A DNA stretch of 64,000 nt, from positions 12,324 through 76,323 of the IMG/VR virus record IMGVR_UViG_2731957753_000001; one strand, written 5' to 3'. Below the pieces are notes generated by a model. The model was given only the letters and a program-made list of their open reading frames with translations. It was not told the DNA's origin and did not search any database. Of the stretch, positions 1 through 9,060 are shown piece after piece (position 1 is the first letter of the stretch; every line of letters starts with the position of its first letter). Both the position numbers and the translations under genes were made by a program. Source of the DNA: a virus. Lineage: Duplodnaviria > Caudoviricetes.

Positions 1-117
1 GGTGGTGAGTGACCGGATGTGTTCTTGGATTGGGGCGGTGTCGGTGTATACCTGGATGTTGTTGGCTTTCCGGTACCGGTAGCGTTTCGTTCTGCGGGTG
101 CCTGACGTGATGGTCAT
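1..117 (-). CDS. Partial early gene (N-terminus), probable paralog of the two upstream HTH genes
   Basis: ATG at 117 overlaps the stop of 114..932; 'VYTDTAPIQEHIRSL' resembles 'GYTDITPLQQHLRWL'. Confidence 0.6.
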   Translation of the reverse strand, partial: MTITSGTRRTKRYRYRKANNIQVYTDTAPIQEHIRSLTT

Positions 118-932
118 GCCGCCTCCCGCAGGGTTTTATTTCGGGCACGCCTCAACCCGATGTCGGCGGCTTCAGCGGACACCTGGAGTAGTTCCGCGAC
201 ACGGGCGGCTGTGTATCCGCGCCGGGCTGCGAGCCGGTACGCGGCGCCCTTCTCTGCCCGGTTGAGCGGCCCAGAATCGACACCATCGACGACGCGTTCA
301 ATCCGCACCCAGTCCACCCCGTGCGCGGCGTCGGGGTCACCGAAATCGGGGCTACTGTCGGGATGGTCGATGTCGATTCCGTCCCACGCCATAGGGGGCG
401 CGTCCCCATTGAGTCGCGCGAGGTACGCCGCTTCATCTGACGAGCCAGGCACATGCGACAGGTCGCGGTAGAGGTCGGCTACCCGCAGCCAGGTGGCGCC
501 GGCGATGCGATGCTTATTGCAGATATTCGATACCGCGTTGGGGCCGACGCCGAGCAGTGGCGCGATATCCCGATTGGAATGCCCCAACGCTCGCAGTGCG
601 CGCAACCGTCGCCCGGCGCCGAGAGCAGGCACCCGGAACGATGCCTGATTCGCGGTGGGGACATGGGTAAGCGTCCGGATGCGTACTGCGCGACTGGTGT
701 AGACGATGTTCTGGTTGCGGTGCCCGATGCGGATGTGCCGGATCGCCATCTGGGAGATTCCCGCTTCGGCGGCGAGCGCCTGATCGGTGAATCCGAGACC
801 GGAAAGCCATCGCAAATGCTGCTGCAATGGCGTGATATCGGTGTACCCGGAAATTCCGCGGGCTCGCCGGATAGAACTGCTCTTGCAGCGAAGGTACGGA
901 TCTTGCACTGGGATCTGCGTGTACACGTTCAC
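114..932 (-). CDS. Multi-HTH DNA-binding protein
   Basis: GTG start at 932 overlaps the previous stop; HTH-like segments 'FTDQALAAEAGISQMAIRHIR', 'HSNRDIAPLLGVGPNAVSNI', 'YTAARVAELLQVSAEA'. Confidence 0.7.
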   Translation of the reverse strand: MNVYTQIPVQDPYLRCKSSSIRRARGISGYTDITPLQQHLRWLSGLGFTDQALAAEAGISQMAIRHIRIGHRNQNIVYTSRAVRIRTLTHVPTANQASFRVPALGAGRRLRALRALGHSNRDIAPLLGVGPNAVSNICNKHRIAGATWLRVADLYRDLSHVPGSSDEAAYLARLNGDAPPMAWDGIDIDHPDSSPDFGDPDAAHGVDWVRIERVVDGVDSGPLNRAEKGAAYRLAARRGYTAARVAELLQVSAEAADIGLRRARNKTLREAA

Positions 933-1372
933 GCGGCTACCCCCAGGTGATGGTTGATGCGGGTCCAGGAGATGCCGAGCTTTCGGGCGATCTGGTTGCG
1001 GTTCCAGCCGTGTTCCGTGTACAGGGCTCGCGCGTATGCGGGTTTGTCTACGGCGGCGACTGTGACGTCTGCACCGGAGATGATGCGGTCTAGGATGATC
1101 GCGTCCACATAGGGTGTGCCGCGGGAGTACTGGTCTATGGCGGTCTCCGGGTCGATCCGGTTTATGGCTGCGGCTAGGTTTGGGTGCACAAAGCTGGCGC
1201 GGCCCTGCCAGATCCGGTTGAGGGTGGTGGAGTGCACTCCGAGCCCGTTGGCGAGACGGTTCGGGACGACGCCTTGGTTGATGAGGTCGCGGAGTTTGGT
1301 TCGGCTCGGTTCGGCGGGCCGGTATCCACGGGCGAGCCAGTAGCGGCTGTTGCCGGCAGTGGTGCCGCTCAT
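929..1372 (-). CDS. HTH DNA-binding protein (two HTH-like segments)
   Basis: 'VPNRLANGLGVHSTTLNRIWQG' and 'WNRNQIARKLGISWTRI'. Confidence 0.7.
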   Translation of the reverse strand: MSGTTAGNSRYWLARGYRPAEPSRTKLRDLINQGVVPNRLANGLGVHSTTLNRIWQGRASFVHPNLAAAINRIDPETAIDQYSRGTPYVDAIILDRIISGADVTVAAVDKPAYARALYTEHGWNRNQIARKLGISWTRINHHLGVAA

Positions 1373-2058
1373 GCCGCAGTCGCTTTCTGGGTGCGCACGG
1401 GCCACTCGACGGAGACGTCGTCGAAGGGCCGGTTGTTGCGGCGGAGGTAGTCGATGTAGGAGTACTGGCGTTCCCGGTACCAGTTGGCTTGGGATTCCAT
1501 GAGACTGTCGGCAGACGCGAGAGCGAGGACGTGATAGACGCGCGGCATCTTCCACGCCAGGCGAGCCGCGGCGAGGGCGTCACCGTCGGCCGAGTGGGCG
1601 CCATCGAGGCGCACCCCATAGTGTTCGCAAACATCCGCGAGGGTCCGCTTACCTTTCCGGTATGCGTCGAATTCGCGGTCGATGGTGAACGGGTCCACGA
1701 TCAGACCCCGGACCTCGAACCCCGGCGAATGGTTCGCGATGACCGTGAAATCGAAGCTCGCGTTATAAGCGACGACGGCGCGACCGGACTCCCACGCGAC
1801 GTACAGGGCTTCCACAACCTCCGCGACCACTTCATCGTGCGGCCGTCCGTGTTCGCGGACGTACTCGTTCGTGATGCCATGCACGTCGGTCGCCTCAGCA
1901 GGTATTTCGATCCCGGGATTCGCTACCCAGGTGCGGGAGTCGACCTCGGATCCGTTGATTGCGGCGACGCATGCCGTGACGAGACGCGCGGTGTTCGGGT
2001 CTGCGGAGGTCGTCTCGGTGTCGACCGCGCAGAGCGGCATATCAACCCAGCTAGTCAC
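1369..2058 (-). CDS. DEDDh 3'-5' exonuclease (DNA Pol III epsilon-like)
   Basis: Motifs AVDTETT, AYNASFD, HSADGDA. Confidence 0.9.
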   Translation of the reverse strand: MTSWVDMPLCAVDTETTSADPNTARLVTACVAAINGSEVDSRTWVANPGIEIPAEATDVHGITNEYVREHGRPHDEVVAEVVEALYVAWESGRAVVAYNASFDFTVIANHSPGFEVRGLIVDPFTIDREFDAYRKGKRTLADVCEHYGVRLDGAHSADGDALAAARLAWKMPRVYHVLALASADSLMESQANWYRERQYSYIDYLRRNNRPFDDVSVEWPVRTQKATAA

Positions 2059-2263
2059 TGTTTTCCTCGGCTTCGAGAATGGATTCACCTGGCGCCATGT
2101 AGAGGGCACGGAATCCGGGATTGTCATTGGAATAGCGGAGGGCACGAAGTTCGGAGAGGTCGTCGTTCCCGAAGTAACGGACCTCGAACGCGTCCCCGCC
2201 GGCGCCTGGCTGGTCCCCGACGTTCGGATAGGCCAACCAGGCGCCGTTGTCGATGCGAGCCAT
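2051..2263 (-). CDS. Hypothetical protein
   Basis: ORF tightly packed in the early operon. Confidence 0.65.
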   Translation of the reverse strand: MARIDNGAWLAYPNVGDQPGAGGDAFEVRYFGNDDLSELRALRYSNDNPGFRALYMAPGESILEAEENSD

Positions 2264-2266
2264 TGC

Positions 2267-2905
2267 CTATCCCTGCGGATCCGGCGGGAAAATGCCCTCA
2301 TCGGCGGGCGGGATGTCGCTCTCTGTGGGGGCCTTGACCTCGTTGCTGAGGGTGTTGGCGCGTTCTTTCCAAAGCTGCACGAGCCGGTTCCGGTGCTGCC
2401 CGAGATCGAATGTCTTCAACTGGGCGGTGATCGCATCGAGTTCCGCGCGGTCGGCGGCGGTCTCGATCTCTGCTGCGATCTCATGCGCCTGGTCGTCGGT
2501 GATCATCGGCAGTCCGGCAGGCAACGGCTCGACGACGTACGGCGCCCGCTTCCCACGTGTCACAGTCAGGGCGAGGGTGAGCCGTTTGTCGATGTGCGAC
2601 ATGTGGGAGATGCGGATCCCACCGACCTTTTCCGGCCCGAACTTGATCTCGGGGTCGCGGTAGATCTTCAACCGGCGGCCCGCGTAGGTACTCGACTCGG
2701 CACCCCAGGCGTTGATGAGCACGCGGATCATGCTTTTCCCAGGCCGATACGGGCGTTTGGGCCCGAATTCGGCGGTCACGATCTCGACCGGCTGTTCAGC
2801 GTTGCCGCGGCGGGTTTCGACGATGGTGACGACCCGCGGCCCGGACATCAGATCATCTGCGTTGATCTGGTCGCTCTTGGGTGCGGCGGCTTCGGAGATG
2901 TCCAT
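2267..2905 (-). CDS. Conserved actinophage protein, putative ssDNA-binding/annealing partner of the exonuclease
   Basis: Starts MDISEAAAPKSDQINADDL; this family typically follows YqaJ-like exonuclease genes; acidic C-terminal tail. Confidence 0.6.
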   Translation of the reverse strand: MDISEAAAPKSDQINADDLMSGPRVVTIVETRRGNAEQPVEIVTAEFGPKRPYRPGKSMIRVLINAWGAESSTYAGRRLKIYRDPEIKFGPEKVGGIRISHMSHIDKRLTLALTVTRGKRAPYVVEPLPAGLPMITDDQAHEIAAEIETAADRAELDAITAQLKTFDLGQHRNRLVQLWKERANTLSNEVKAPTESDIPPADEGIFPPDPQG

Positions 2906-3367
2906 CAAATTGCCTTTCGGGAGCGTGCTTTTCGATGCTTGATGCCTGCCTGTCGTTGACAGGCGCGGCAGAAGCGTTTGCCTGATGGAGCCACGTACAG
3001 GTTGGCTCCGGAGTAGGGATGGCCCGCCGGGCACTGACTCTTGCGATGGTTGCCGAGGGAGCGCCGGTAGTTCTCGTCTCGGGTGACCGCTTCGAGGTGC
3101 CTGGGGTTGACGCACAGCCGGTTGCGGCACAGGTGGTCGATCTCCAATGCCCTCTGGGATGGGCCCGACGTAGTGCTCATAGGACCAGCGGTGCGCATAG
3201 ACGCGGCCCGTCTGGTCGAGGGATGTTCGCCCGGCAAAGAAGTACCCGTACCCCGACTGGCTCGCGGTGCCCGCAGTCCACACGACGCATCCGTTTTCGC
3301 CCGGTTCGGTCTTTTCGACGAAGCGCTCCAGAGCTGGCCGCAGCACGTGGCCGACCTCGAAGACCAT
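2905..3367 (-). pseudogene. HNH endonuclease split by a +1 frameshift
   Basis: '[17 protein letters not shown]' continues in another frame as '[26 protein letters not shown]'; one extra base at ~3148. Confidence 0.8.
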
Positions 3368-3369
3368 GG

Positions 3370-4110
3370 CTAGAACACCAACCCGTGCTCGATGACCCGC
3401 TCGGTCACGGGAAGTCCCTCGACGCGCTCCATGTACAGGCGCGTCATCTCTGCGGCGTTGTCTTCGAACGCCTGCAAAGCCGCGATGATCGCTTCGAACC
3501 AGCGCGGGTCCGGGTACACCCGCTTCGTCCACATCGGCATCCCGCCGCAATATGAGATGTAGTCCAGCCACTGACGACCCGACACGAGCAGCCCGCACTG
3601 CAACTGCGGCATGACCTCGGCCGGGGGCTGTCCGGCCAGGATGTGCGCGAGGTGGATTTTCGACTTCCGGGACTTGATCTCGATCAATCCGTCGCCGTCG
3701 ACGAGCCCGTCCGGTGAGTAGCCGATCCGGACACCTTCCAGTTCGCGGACCATGAAACCGGTTTCGTGGACGGGGGCGTAGTGCTGGCTGTAGATGTCTC
3801 GGGCGCGGGGTTCGTCTTCGATGCCACGGAACATGTCGTCGCTCATGAACGTCGGGTCGGTCCAGCCCGTGATGCGTTCGGCGACGAGCAGGGCGGTGAG
3901 TCCGCGGGATGTGTCGTTGTTGGCGGGTTTCAGCGTTTTCGCGGTGACGAGGTCGCCGATAACCGAGGCGGTGACGAGTCCGCGGCGTGCTGCCAACCAT
4001 TCGTCCGAGCCCTGGACGAGGTCCGGGTAGACGGTGATGGGTGCTTCGAGCCATGCGCGGGTGTCTGGTGTGTGGGGCTCGACGAGCCGGAGCCTGTTTG
4101 GGGTGGTCAT
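3370..4110 (-). CDS. YqaJ/lambda-type exonuclease
   Basis: QGSDEWLAARRG...TAS, YSPDGLV, IEIKS, PQLQCGL motifs. Confidence 0.9.
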   Translation of the reverse strand: MTTPNRLRLVEPHTPDTRAWLEAPITVYPDLVQGSDEWLAARRGLVTASVIGDLVTAKTLKPANNDTSRGLTALLVAERITGWTDPTFMSDDMFRGIEDEPRARDIYSQHYAPVHETGFMVRELEGVRIGYSPDGLVDGDGLIEIKSRKSKIHLAHILAGQPPAEVMPQLQCGLLVSGRQWLDYISYCGGMPMWTKRVYPDPRWFEAIIAALQAFEDNAAEMTRLYMERVEGLPVTERVIEHGLVF

Positions 4111-4316
4111 CAGTTGCTCCAGAGGGTGCTTGACCAGTCGAGGAGGTAGGCGATGGCGCCGAAGAACACGCCGGTCGCGATGCAGAACAGGGCGGCGATT
4201 GCGTTGTCGGCGAGGGCGCGGAGCCTGGATGGTTTGGGGGGTGCCGTATTGTTGGTGGTGGACATGCCACGGCCTTTCGGTTCGGTTTGGTGCGTGGGTG
4301 TCTGGCCCGTCTCCAA
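4110..4316 (-). CDS. Small membrane protein
   Basis: Hydrophobic segment AIAALFCIATGVFFGAIAYLL. Confidence 0.6.
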   Translation of the reverse strand: METGQTPTHQTEPKGRGMSTTNNTAPPKPSRLRALADNAIAALFCIATGVFFGAIAYLLDWSSTLWSN

Positions 4317-4355
4317 TGCCAGTTGGGGGCGGGCATTTTCGTTTAGGGGGCTCGC

Positions 4356-4577
4356 CTAGCTGGTGGTGAAGTAGACGTTCAACAGTTCGCCGGGGAAGGC
4401 GCGTTGGAAGCCTGCGACGAATCGGTGTCCGGGGTCGGCGTGGCCGTTGAGGATTCGGCTCAGGGTGGCGCGGTTGACGCCGAGGTGTTGGGCCATGCCG
4501 GTTTTGGAGGTGATGCCTCGACGGTGCATGAGCTGGGTGAATGGTTCGGGGCGGAGTTTGAGGACGGGTCGAGACAT
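4356..4577 (-). CDS. cro: Cro-like XRE HTH regulator
   Basis: 'KTGMAQHLGVNRATLSRILNG'; first gene of the early operon, divergent from the repressor. Confidence 0.85.
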   Translation of the reverse strand: MSRPVLKLRPEPFTQLMHRRGITSKTGMAQHLGVNRATLSRILNGHADPGHRFVAGFQRAFPGELLNVYFTTS

Positions 4578-4582
4578 GAGGG

Positions 4583-4648
4583 GTGTTTACCTTTCGGTGT
4601 AGTGGCTGTTCTACACCCTAGTGTAAACACGGACGCAGGTTACGTCAA
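4583..4648 (-). promoter_or_regulatory. Early lytic SigA promoter overlapped by a nested operator
   Basis: TTGACG(4648-4643)-N17-TACACT(4625-4620); inverted repeats GTGTTTAC/GTAAACAC and GGTGTAG/CTACACC. Confidence 0.8.
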
Positions 4649-4835
4649 CGCGACGGTGCCAGTACGGATGTACGGGTTGAAATGTGAATGTCTCAGATGC
4701 GCCGTGACCTGCGCGTTTTGTCCGTATCGGATGCGTAAATGTGACGGCCGGTACGAGTCAAACTGTTGGAACTAACAAGTGGTTGATCTACTATCGTGAA
4801 GTCAACCCTCTATACCCCTACCGGAAGGCCGCGCA

Positions 4836-5297
4836 GTGAGCGACACCGACAACGACAGCAGCCCCCCGGCCTCCTACAGCTGGATCGACTACGTCAACTC
4901 CCTCTGCCACATACACCACCTCACCCTCCACCAATTCACACAGAGAATCGGCGCCAGCGCCTCCGTCAGCACCAAATGGAAAGAAGGCGGCACCGTCCGC
5001 GCCGGCACCGCCCTCACCATCGCCCGCGAGTTCAACATCCCCTACCAGGAGGTGCTGATCGCGGCGGAACTGGCCGAACCCTCGGACTTCGACTACAAGG
5101 GCAGTTCGCAAGTCCTCCAGCTCGCGGCACTGCCGAACGACACACTCATCGAGATCTTGAAAGAGCGGTTGATCCCCGACGAGGAACGCGACCCCACCCT
5201 TGCCAAGCCCGCCCCTAAGTCCGGTGATCTGCGGCGCCGGCGGATACCTGTAGAGGAGCCGCCCCGGGTTGCGCGTCGTCGCACCAACGGGAAATAG
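4836..5297 (+). CDS. Immunity repressor (XRE HTH)
   Basis: 'LTLHQFTQRIGASASVSTKWKEG', 'YQEVLIAAELAEPSD'; divergent from cro and next to int. Confidence 0.8.
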   Translation: MSDTDNDSSPPASYSWIDYVNSLCHIHHLTLHQFTQRIGASASVSTKWKEGGTVRAGTALTIAREFNIPYQEVLIAAELAEPSDFDYKGSSQVLQLAALPNDTLIEILKERLIPDEERDPTLAKPAPKSGDLRRRRIPVEEPPRVARRRTNGK

Positions 5298-5362
5298 CGG
5301 AAACGTGGCCGCTCCCCCACCGGGACCGGCCACGACACCTAATCTGTCTTCTATGCGGCGGC

Positions 5363-5764
5363 TTACGCTGCCGTATCGCCCTGCACGGGCTGTTGCTGCC
5401 ATTCCGTGCGCTTCCTCAAGTCGTCGGCGCTGGACTCGATGCACATTGCGTACTCCCAATAGTCCCCGCGGTCGCCGTCTGTGCGCAACGTCCACCCCGT
5501 CTCATGTGAGGGCTTCCGGTAGGACGCTTCGAATCCTGCGCCGCGCAGTACTTCGAGGTCGCGGGCGTCTATGCCGATGTAGGGCCACAGTTCGATAACG
5601 CCGCCGGAGACGGTGACGCGGCCGATTTCCCGCCAGATGTCGCCGAGGTCGTCGGTTGAGTGCGTCCAGGGTTCGCTGGTGGTTCGGGTGATGACACCGA
5701 CGCGGGACAAGTCGACCGAAGCGGGGATCCGGCTGGCGTGGAACCGGTGATAGGAGTGGGGCAT
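5363..5764 (-). CDS. Hypothetical protein with its own promoter (moron-like)
   Basis: ATG at 5764; extended -10 TGTTATAAA at 5978-5970. Confidence 0.65.
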   Translation of the reverse strand: MPHSYHRFHASRIPASVDLSRVGVITRTTSEPWTHSTDDLGDIWREIGRVTVSGGVIELWPYIGIDARDLEVLRGAGFEASYRKPSHETGWTLRTDGDRGDYWEYAMCIESSADDLRKRTEWQQQPVQGDTAA

Positions 5765-6209
5765 GGTGTTCCTAATTGTGTCTATGGTCGTGCCCCCGGC
5801 CCCCGGTGGCATGTATTCAGGTTTTCCGGCATTCCCGGCCCTACCACCCGGCCGTAATGTCGTGTCGCGCTTCAGTCCCCGACTGTTTGGTGTAGACCGG
5901 TACCCGTCGGCGGAGTGTTTGCCGACGGGTACCGAGTTGCTCAGAGCGTACCGCTTGGCATGAATACTTTTTATAACAATCCTCTAAATCCTGCAATTAT
6001 GTTGCCGCAGGTTGAGAGGGGTGAAAAGTGTCGGGTGACCGAACTTTTCGGGTTCGAGCAAGAGGGAACAGAGGCCCGGCGGGTGGCTGATAGTCCGCGG
6101 GGGATCTGATTGCGAATCGGTAGCTATATGGGCTGTGTTACACACCTGCCACGCCGCGCATGATTACGCTATCGTGTAGTTACTACACTACACGAAAGCT
6201 GAGGCAGCG

Positions 6210-6401
6210 ATGATCGACACCGCCGAAGATTGGATGACCCGCCGAGAGGTTGCCGGATACCTGCGCGTCAGCCAAGGCACCCTCGCGAACTGGGCGACGC
6301 AACGCAAGGGCCCCAAGTTCGTTCGCCTCGGCGGCGGCAAAGTCCTATACAACCGCGCCGCCGTCAACGACTACCTGAACAGCCTCCAGACAGCAGCCTG
6401 A
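6210..6401 (+). CDS. xis: Excisionase-like MerR/HTH_17 protein
   Basis: 'WMTRREVAGYLRVSQGTLANWATQRKGPKF...VLYNRAAV'. Confidence 0.85.
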   Translation: MIDTAEDWMTRREVAGYLRVSQGTLANWATQRKGPKFVRLGGGKVLYNRAAVNDYLNSLQTAA

Positions 6402-6405
6402 CCTC

Positions 6406-7761
6406 ATGCCGAAGCAAGAACTCGCCCTCGGAGAGTTGGGCGACATCAGCTACACCGCCATACGCAAGGGCGGCAAGATCACTGGATACCGGGCGCGCGC
6501 ACGATGGCGCCGCCCCACCGACGGCGAGATCCTGCCGAAGGAACGATCCGGGAAAAGCAAGGGCGCCGCGAAGACCGCCTTGAAGAAGTACGTCACCGAG
6601 TTGAACGAGTACGCGGCCGGCGGCAGCGAGACCATCACACGGGATACGAAGATCCCGGTGTTGGCGGACCTGTGGCTGGCTGAGTGCGAGTTGGATGAGG
6701 GCATGGATGATGCGTCGGTGGAGCGGTATCGGGAGGAGATCGAGCCGACGGAGATGCGGTACCGGAAGGACGGCAGCCCGGACCGCAGGGTGAAGCCGGA
6801 TGCGTTGAAGATCAAGACGGCGTTCGCGAACATATCGGTGTGGGAGTTGAACACGCCCCGCTATGACCGGCATGAGAAGGCGATCCTGGCGACGGGTGCG
6901 AAGCAGAAGGCGCGGTTTCATCGGATCATCGTGTCCGGGATGATGGATCTCGCGGTCCGGCATGGGGCCATCAAGCCGGGGGATCATCCGGTGCGGAGTT
7001 TGAAGGCGATTCGCCGGGAGCGGAAGAATCCGCGGGCTCTGGAGCAAGGGCAACTGTCGGAGTTGCGGGCGCAGTTGCGTGCGTGGTTGCGGGGTGAGGC
7101 GATCGAGGGCACGGAGGCGTATACGCATGGTCCTGCGCGTGACCCGGATGTGGTTCGGATCGGTGATCTGATGTTGGCGACGGGTGCCCGTCCTGGGGAG
7201 GTTCTAGGCTTCCGGAAGTGTGATATTCATCTCCCTGCCAGTCCGGGTGACCCGTGGCTGGTGGATGTGTTCGGGACGGTGAAGCCGGACAGGAACGGGA
7301 AGCTGAACCGGGTTCCGCATACGAAGACCGGTGAGGACGGTAAGCGGACGGTGATCTTGCCGAAGTTCGGGGTGGCGGTGCTCGCGGAGATGGGCGCTTA
7401 TGAGTGGGAGCCGGGTGATGAGTCGCCGGTGTTTCCGTCTCGGGCTGGCACTTGGCGGTGGCCTGCGAATTTTCGGCGGTCGTGGCGTGAGGCGCGGGGT
7501 TCGAAGTTCGCGTGGGTGGAGCCGAAGACGTTCCGGAAGACTGTGGCGACTGTCATAGCTGACGAGTACGGGCATGAGCGGGCTGGGGCTCAGTTGGGGC
7601 ACACTCCGGGCTCGAAGGTGACCCAACTCAGTTACATCCAGCGCGCCTTGCTTGTGGCGGACTCCACTCCGGCCTTGGATAGGTTCTCGGAGATACCGGC
7701 CGTGACGGAGGAGGTGGAGGTTCTGGATATGGGCGAGTCCGACGGGGAAACTGTGGGATAA
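6406..7761 (+). CDS. int: Tyrosine integrase
   Basis: ATGARPGE (Arg), PKTFRKT, QLGH and catalytic Tyr (LSYI); adjacent attP. Confidence 0.95.
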   Translation: MPKQELALGELGDISYTAIRKGGKITGYRARARWRRPTDGEILPKERSGKSKGAAKTALKKYVTELNEYAAGGSETITRDTKIPVLADLWLAECELDEGMDDASVERYREEIEPTEMRYRKDGSPDRRVKPDALKIKTAFANISVWELNTPRYDRHEKAILATGAKQKARFHRIIVSGMMDLAVRHGAIKPGDHPVRSLKAIRRERKNPRALEQGQLSELRAQLRAWLRGEAIEGTEAYTHGPARDPDVVRIGDLMLATGARPGEVLGFRKCDIHLPASPGDPWLVDVFGTVKPDRNGKLNRVPHTKTGEDGKRTVILPKFGVAVLAEMGAYEWEPGDESPVFPSRAGTWRWPANFRRSWREARGSKFAWVEPKTFRKTVATVIADEYGHERAGAQLGHTPGSKVTQLSYIQRALLVADSTPALDRFSEIPAVTEEVEVLDMGESDGETVG

Positions 7762-8002
7762 CCGTGGGATGCGTCGAGTCCTGGCCGTTACCGCGTGGTG
7801 GCGGAGTGGCGTTGACCTGGTGTTTATGGTGCGCCATCAGGGACTCGAACCCCGAACCCGCTGTTCTCGGGTCGCGGGTAACGGTGAATCATTGTCGTTC
7901 ATGCTGAATCATGTCTACCTGCCGGTTTGCCCGATTGAGTGAACAAGCGTGAACCATCGTGAACCCACGTTATCGAACTCAAACCGTGGGGGAACCGTGG
8001 GA
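7749..8002. mobile_element. attP: Intact attP: tRNA-Lys 3'-end core (7827-7863) with arm-type repeats on both sides
   Basis: Reverse complement of the core is CAGCGGGTTCGGGGTTCGAGTCCCTGATGGCGCACCA (T-arm, acceptor strand, CCA); AACYGTGGGR pairs at 7749/7760 and 7982/7993; GTGAAC x3 at 10-bp period (7939-7964). Confidence 0.85.
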
Positions 8003-8047
8003 GAACGTCAAATCCCCACACTCCCAGACAACCACCCCAGACACACG

Positions 8048-8081
8048 AAAAGCTGCCCCTGAACCAAGGCTCAGGGGCAGC
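8048..8081 (-). terminator. Intrinsic terminator of the tail operon
   Basis: GCTGCCCCTGA-N8-TCAGGGGCAGC, followed by a T-run on the minus strand. Confidence 0.85.
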
Positions 8082-8103
8082 ACCCGCGGAGGACTCCACA
8101 CTT

Positions 8104-9051
8104 CTAAGGTTTCGTCACCCGGACATAACTAGCAGAATCATTGGCCGAACTGATCATCCCGGACTGACTTGCCTGGGCCGTCACACGAACCAGCGACCCC
8201 GCCTCCACAGTCACGCCAGAAACCGACGCATTAACAATCGTCCCGGAACCACTGGACACGGTCACGGCCCCACTGGACGCGACCTCCACACCATCCAGAA
8301 GAATCCTCAAAATAATCGTCCTACCACCAAGGGAGGCCGTGAACCTGATGGACGCGCTCAGGACCACTCCCTCACCAGCGGACTGCACCACCAGATCACT
8401 GCCGGACAACGACGACCCCGGATAGTTATCTGTATCGGGCGCCCACCCAGTGATCTGGGCCGGTGACGTACCGAATGACGACCCAGACCCGGACCTGAAC
8501 ATCCCGGACGGCGCGAACGTCTGAATCTCCACCGACGCCGTACCCTCCGATGTCGCGACCGGAGACAGCAGCCCGACCATCGTCGCCGACGCAGAAGTCG
8601 AGCCCTCCGAGTCTGCCGACGCGTCAATACCGAACTCGACCGCCGCAGTGCCCTCAGCCGACGCATCCACCGGCAACAGGGCCGCGACATCCGCTGATGC
8701 TGTGCCCTCACTGTCGGTCGTGACCGTGAGGCCTTTAGCATCCGTCACTTCAGCAGTGGCGGTGCCCTCACCGTCGGCGTCGACCGTCAAGTAGCGGACC
8801 GCAGCCAACCCCACGCTCGCGTCACCGGTACTGGTGGCGTCGGAGTAGATGTGGGTGTACCCGAGAACCGAAGCGGATGCTGTGCCCTCAGAGTCGGTGT
8901 CGACGAAAATCCGGGGCGGGATGTAGGGGATGACGCCCTTCGGGAGAACCGTTCGGGACGCCCGCGGCAACAATGCCTGAGCTTCGGTGCCTCCGGGGAG
9001 TGGGGCGCGCCACCGTGTAGCCCCGGGCAGTGATGCTGTAGTGGTGCCCAC
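8104..9051 (-). CDS. Minor tail/fibre protein
   Basis: Repeated D(S/A)EGTA(S/T)A motifs, then a beta-rich C-terminal domain; end of the tail operon. Confidence 0.7.
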   Translation of the reverse strand: MGTTTASLPGATRWRAPLPGGTEAQALLPRASRTVLPKGVIPYIPPRIFVDTDSEGTASASVLGYTHIYSDATSTGDASVGLAAVRYLTVDADGEGTATAEVTDAKGLTVTTDSEGTASADVAALLPVDASAEGTAAVEFGIDASADSEGSTSASATMVGLLSPVATSEGTASVEIQTFAPSGMFRSGSGSSFGTSPAQITGWAPDTDNYPGSSLSGSDLVVQSAGEGVVLSASIRFTASLGGRTIILRILLDGVEVASSGAVTVSSGSGTIVNASVSGVTVEAGSLVRVTAQASQSGMISSANDSASYVRVTKP

Positions 9052-9060
9052 CCCAACCCC

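Noticed and set aside
2267-4336. 689-aa ORF in the track
   Set aside because: A composite frame: a shadow of the exonuclease gene, then the HNH N-terminus, then the MDISE gene joined through the frameshift; not a single real gene from 4336
7827-7863. Functional tRNA-Lys gene
   Set aside because: Only the 3' 37 nt are present; no D-arm or anticodon loop
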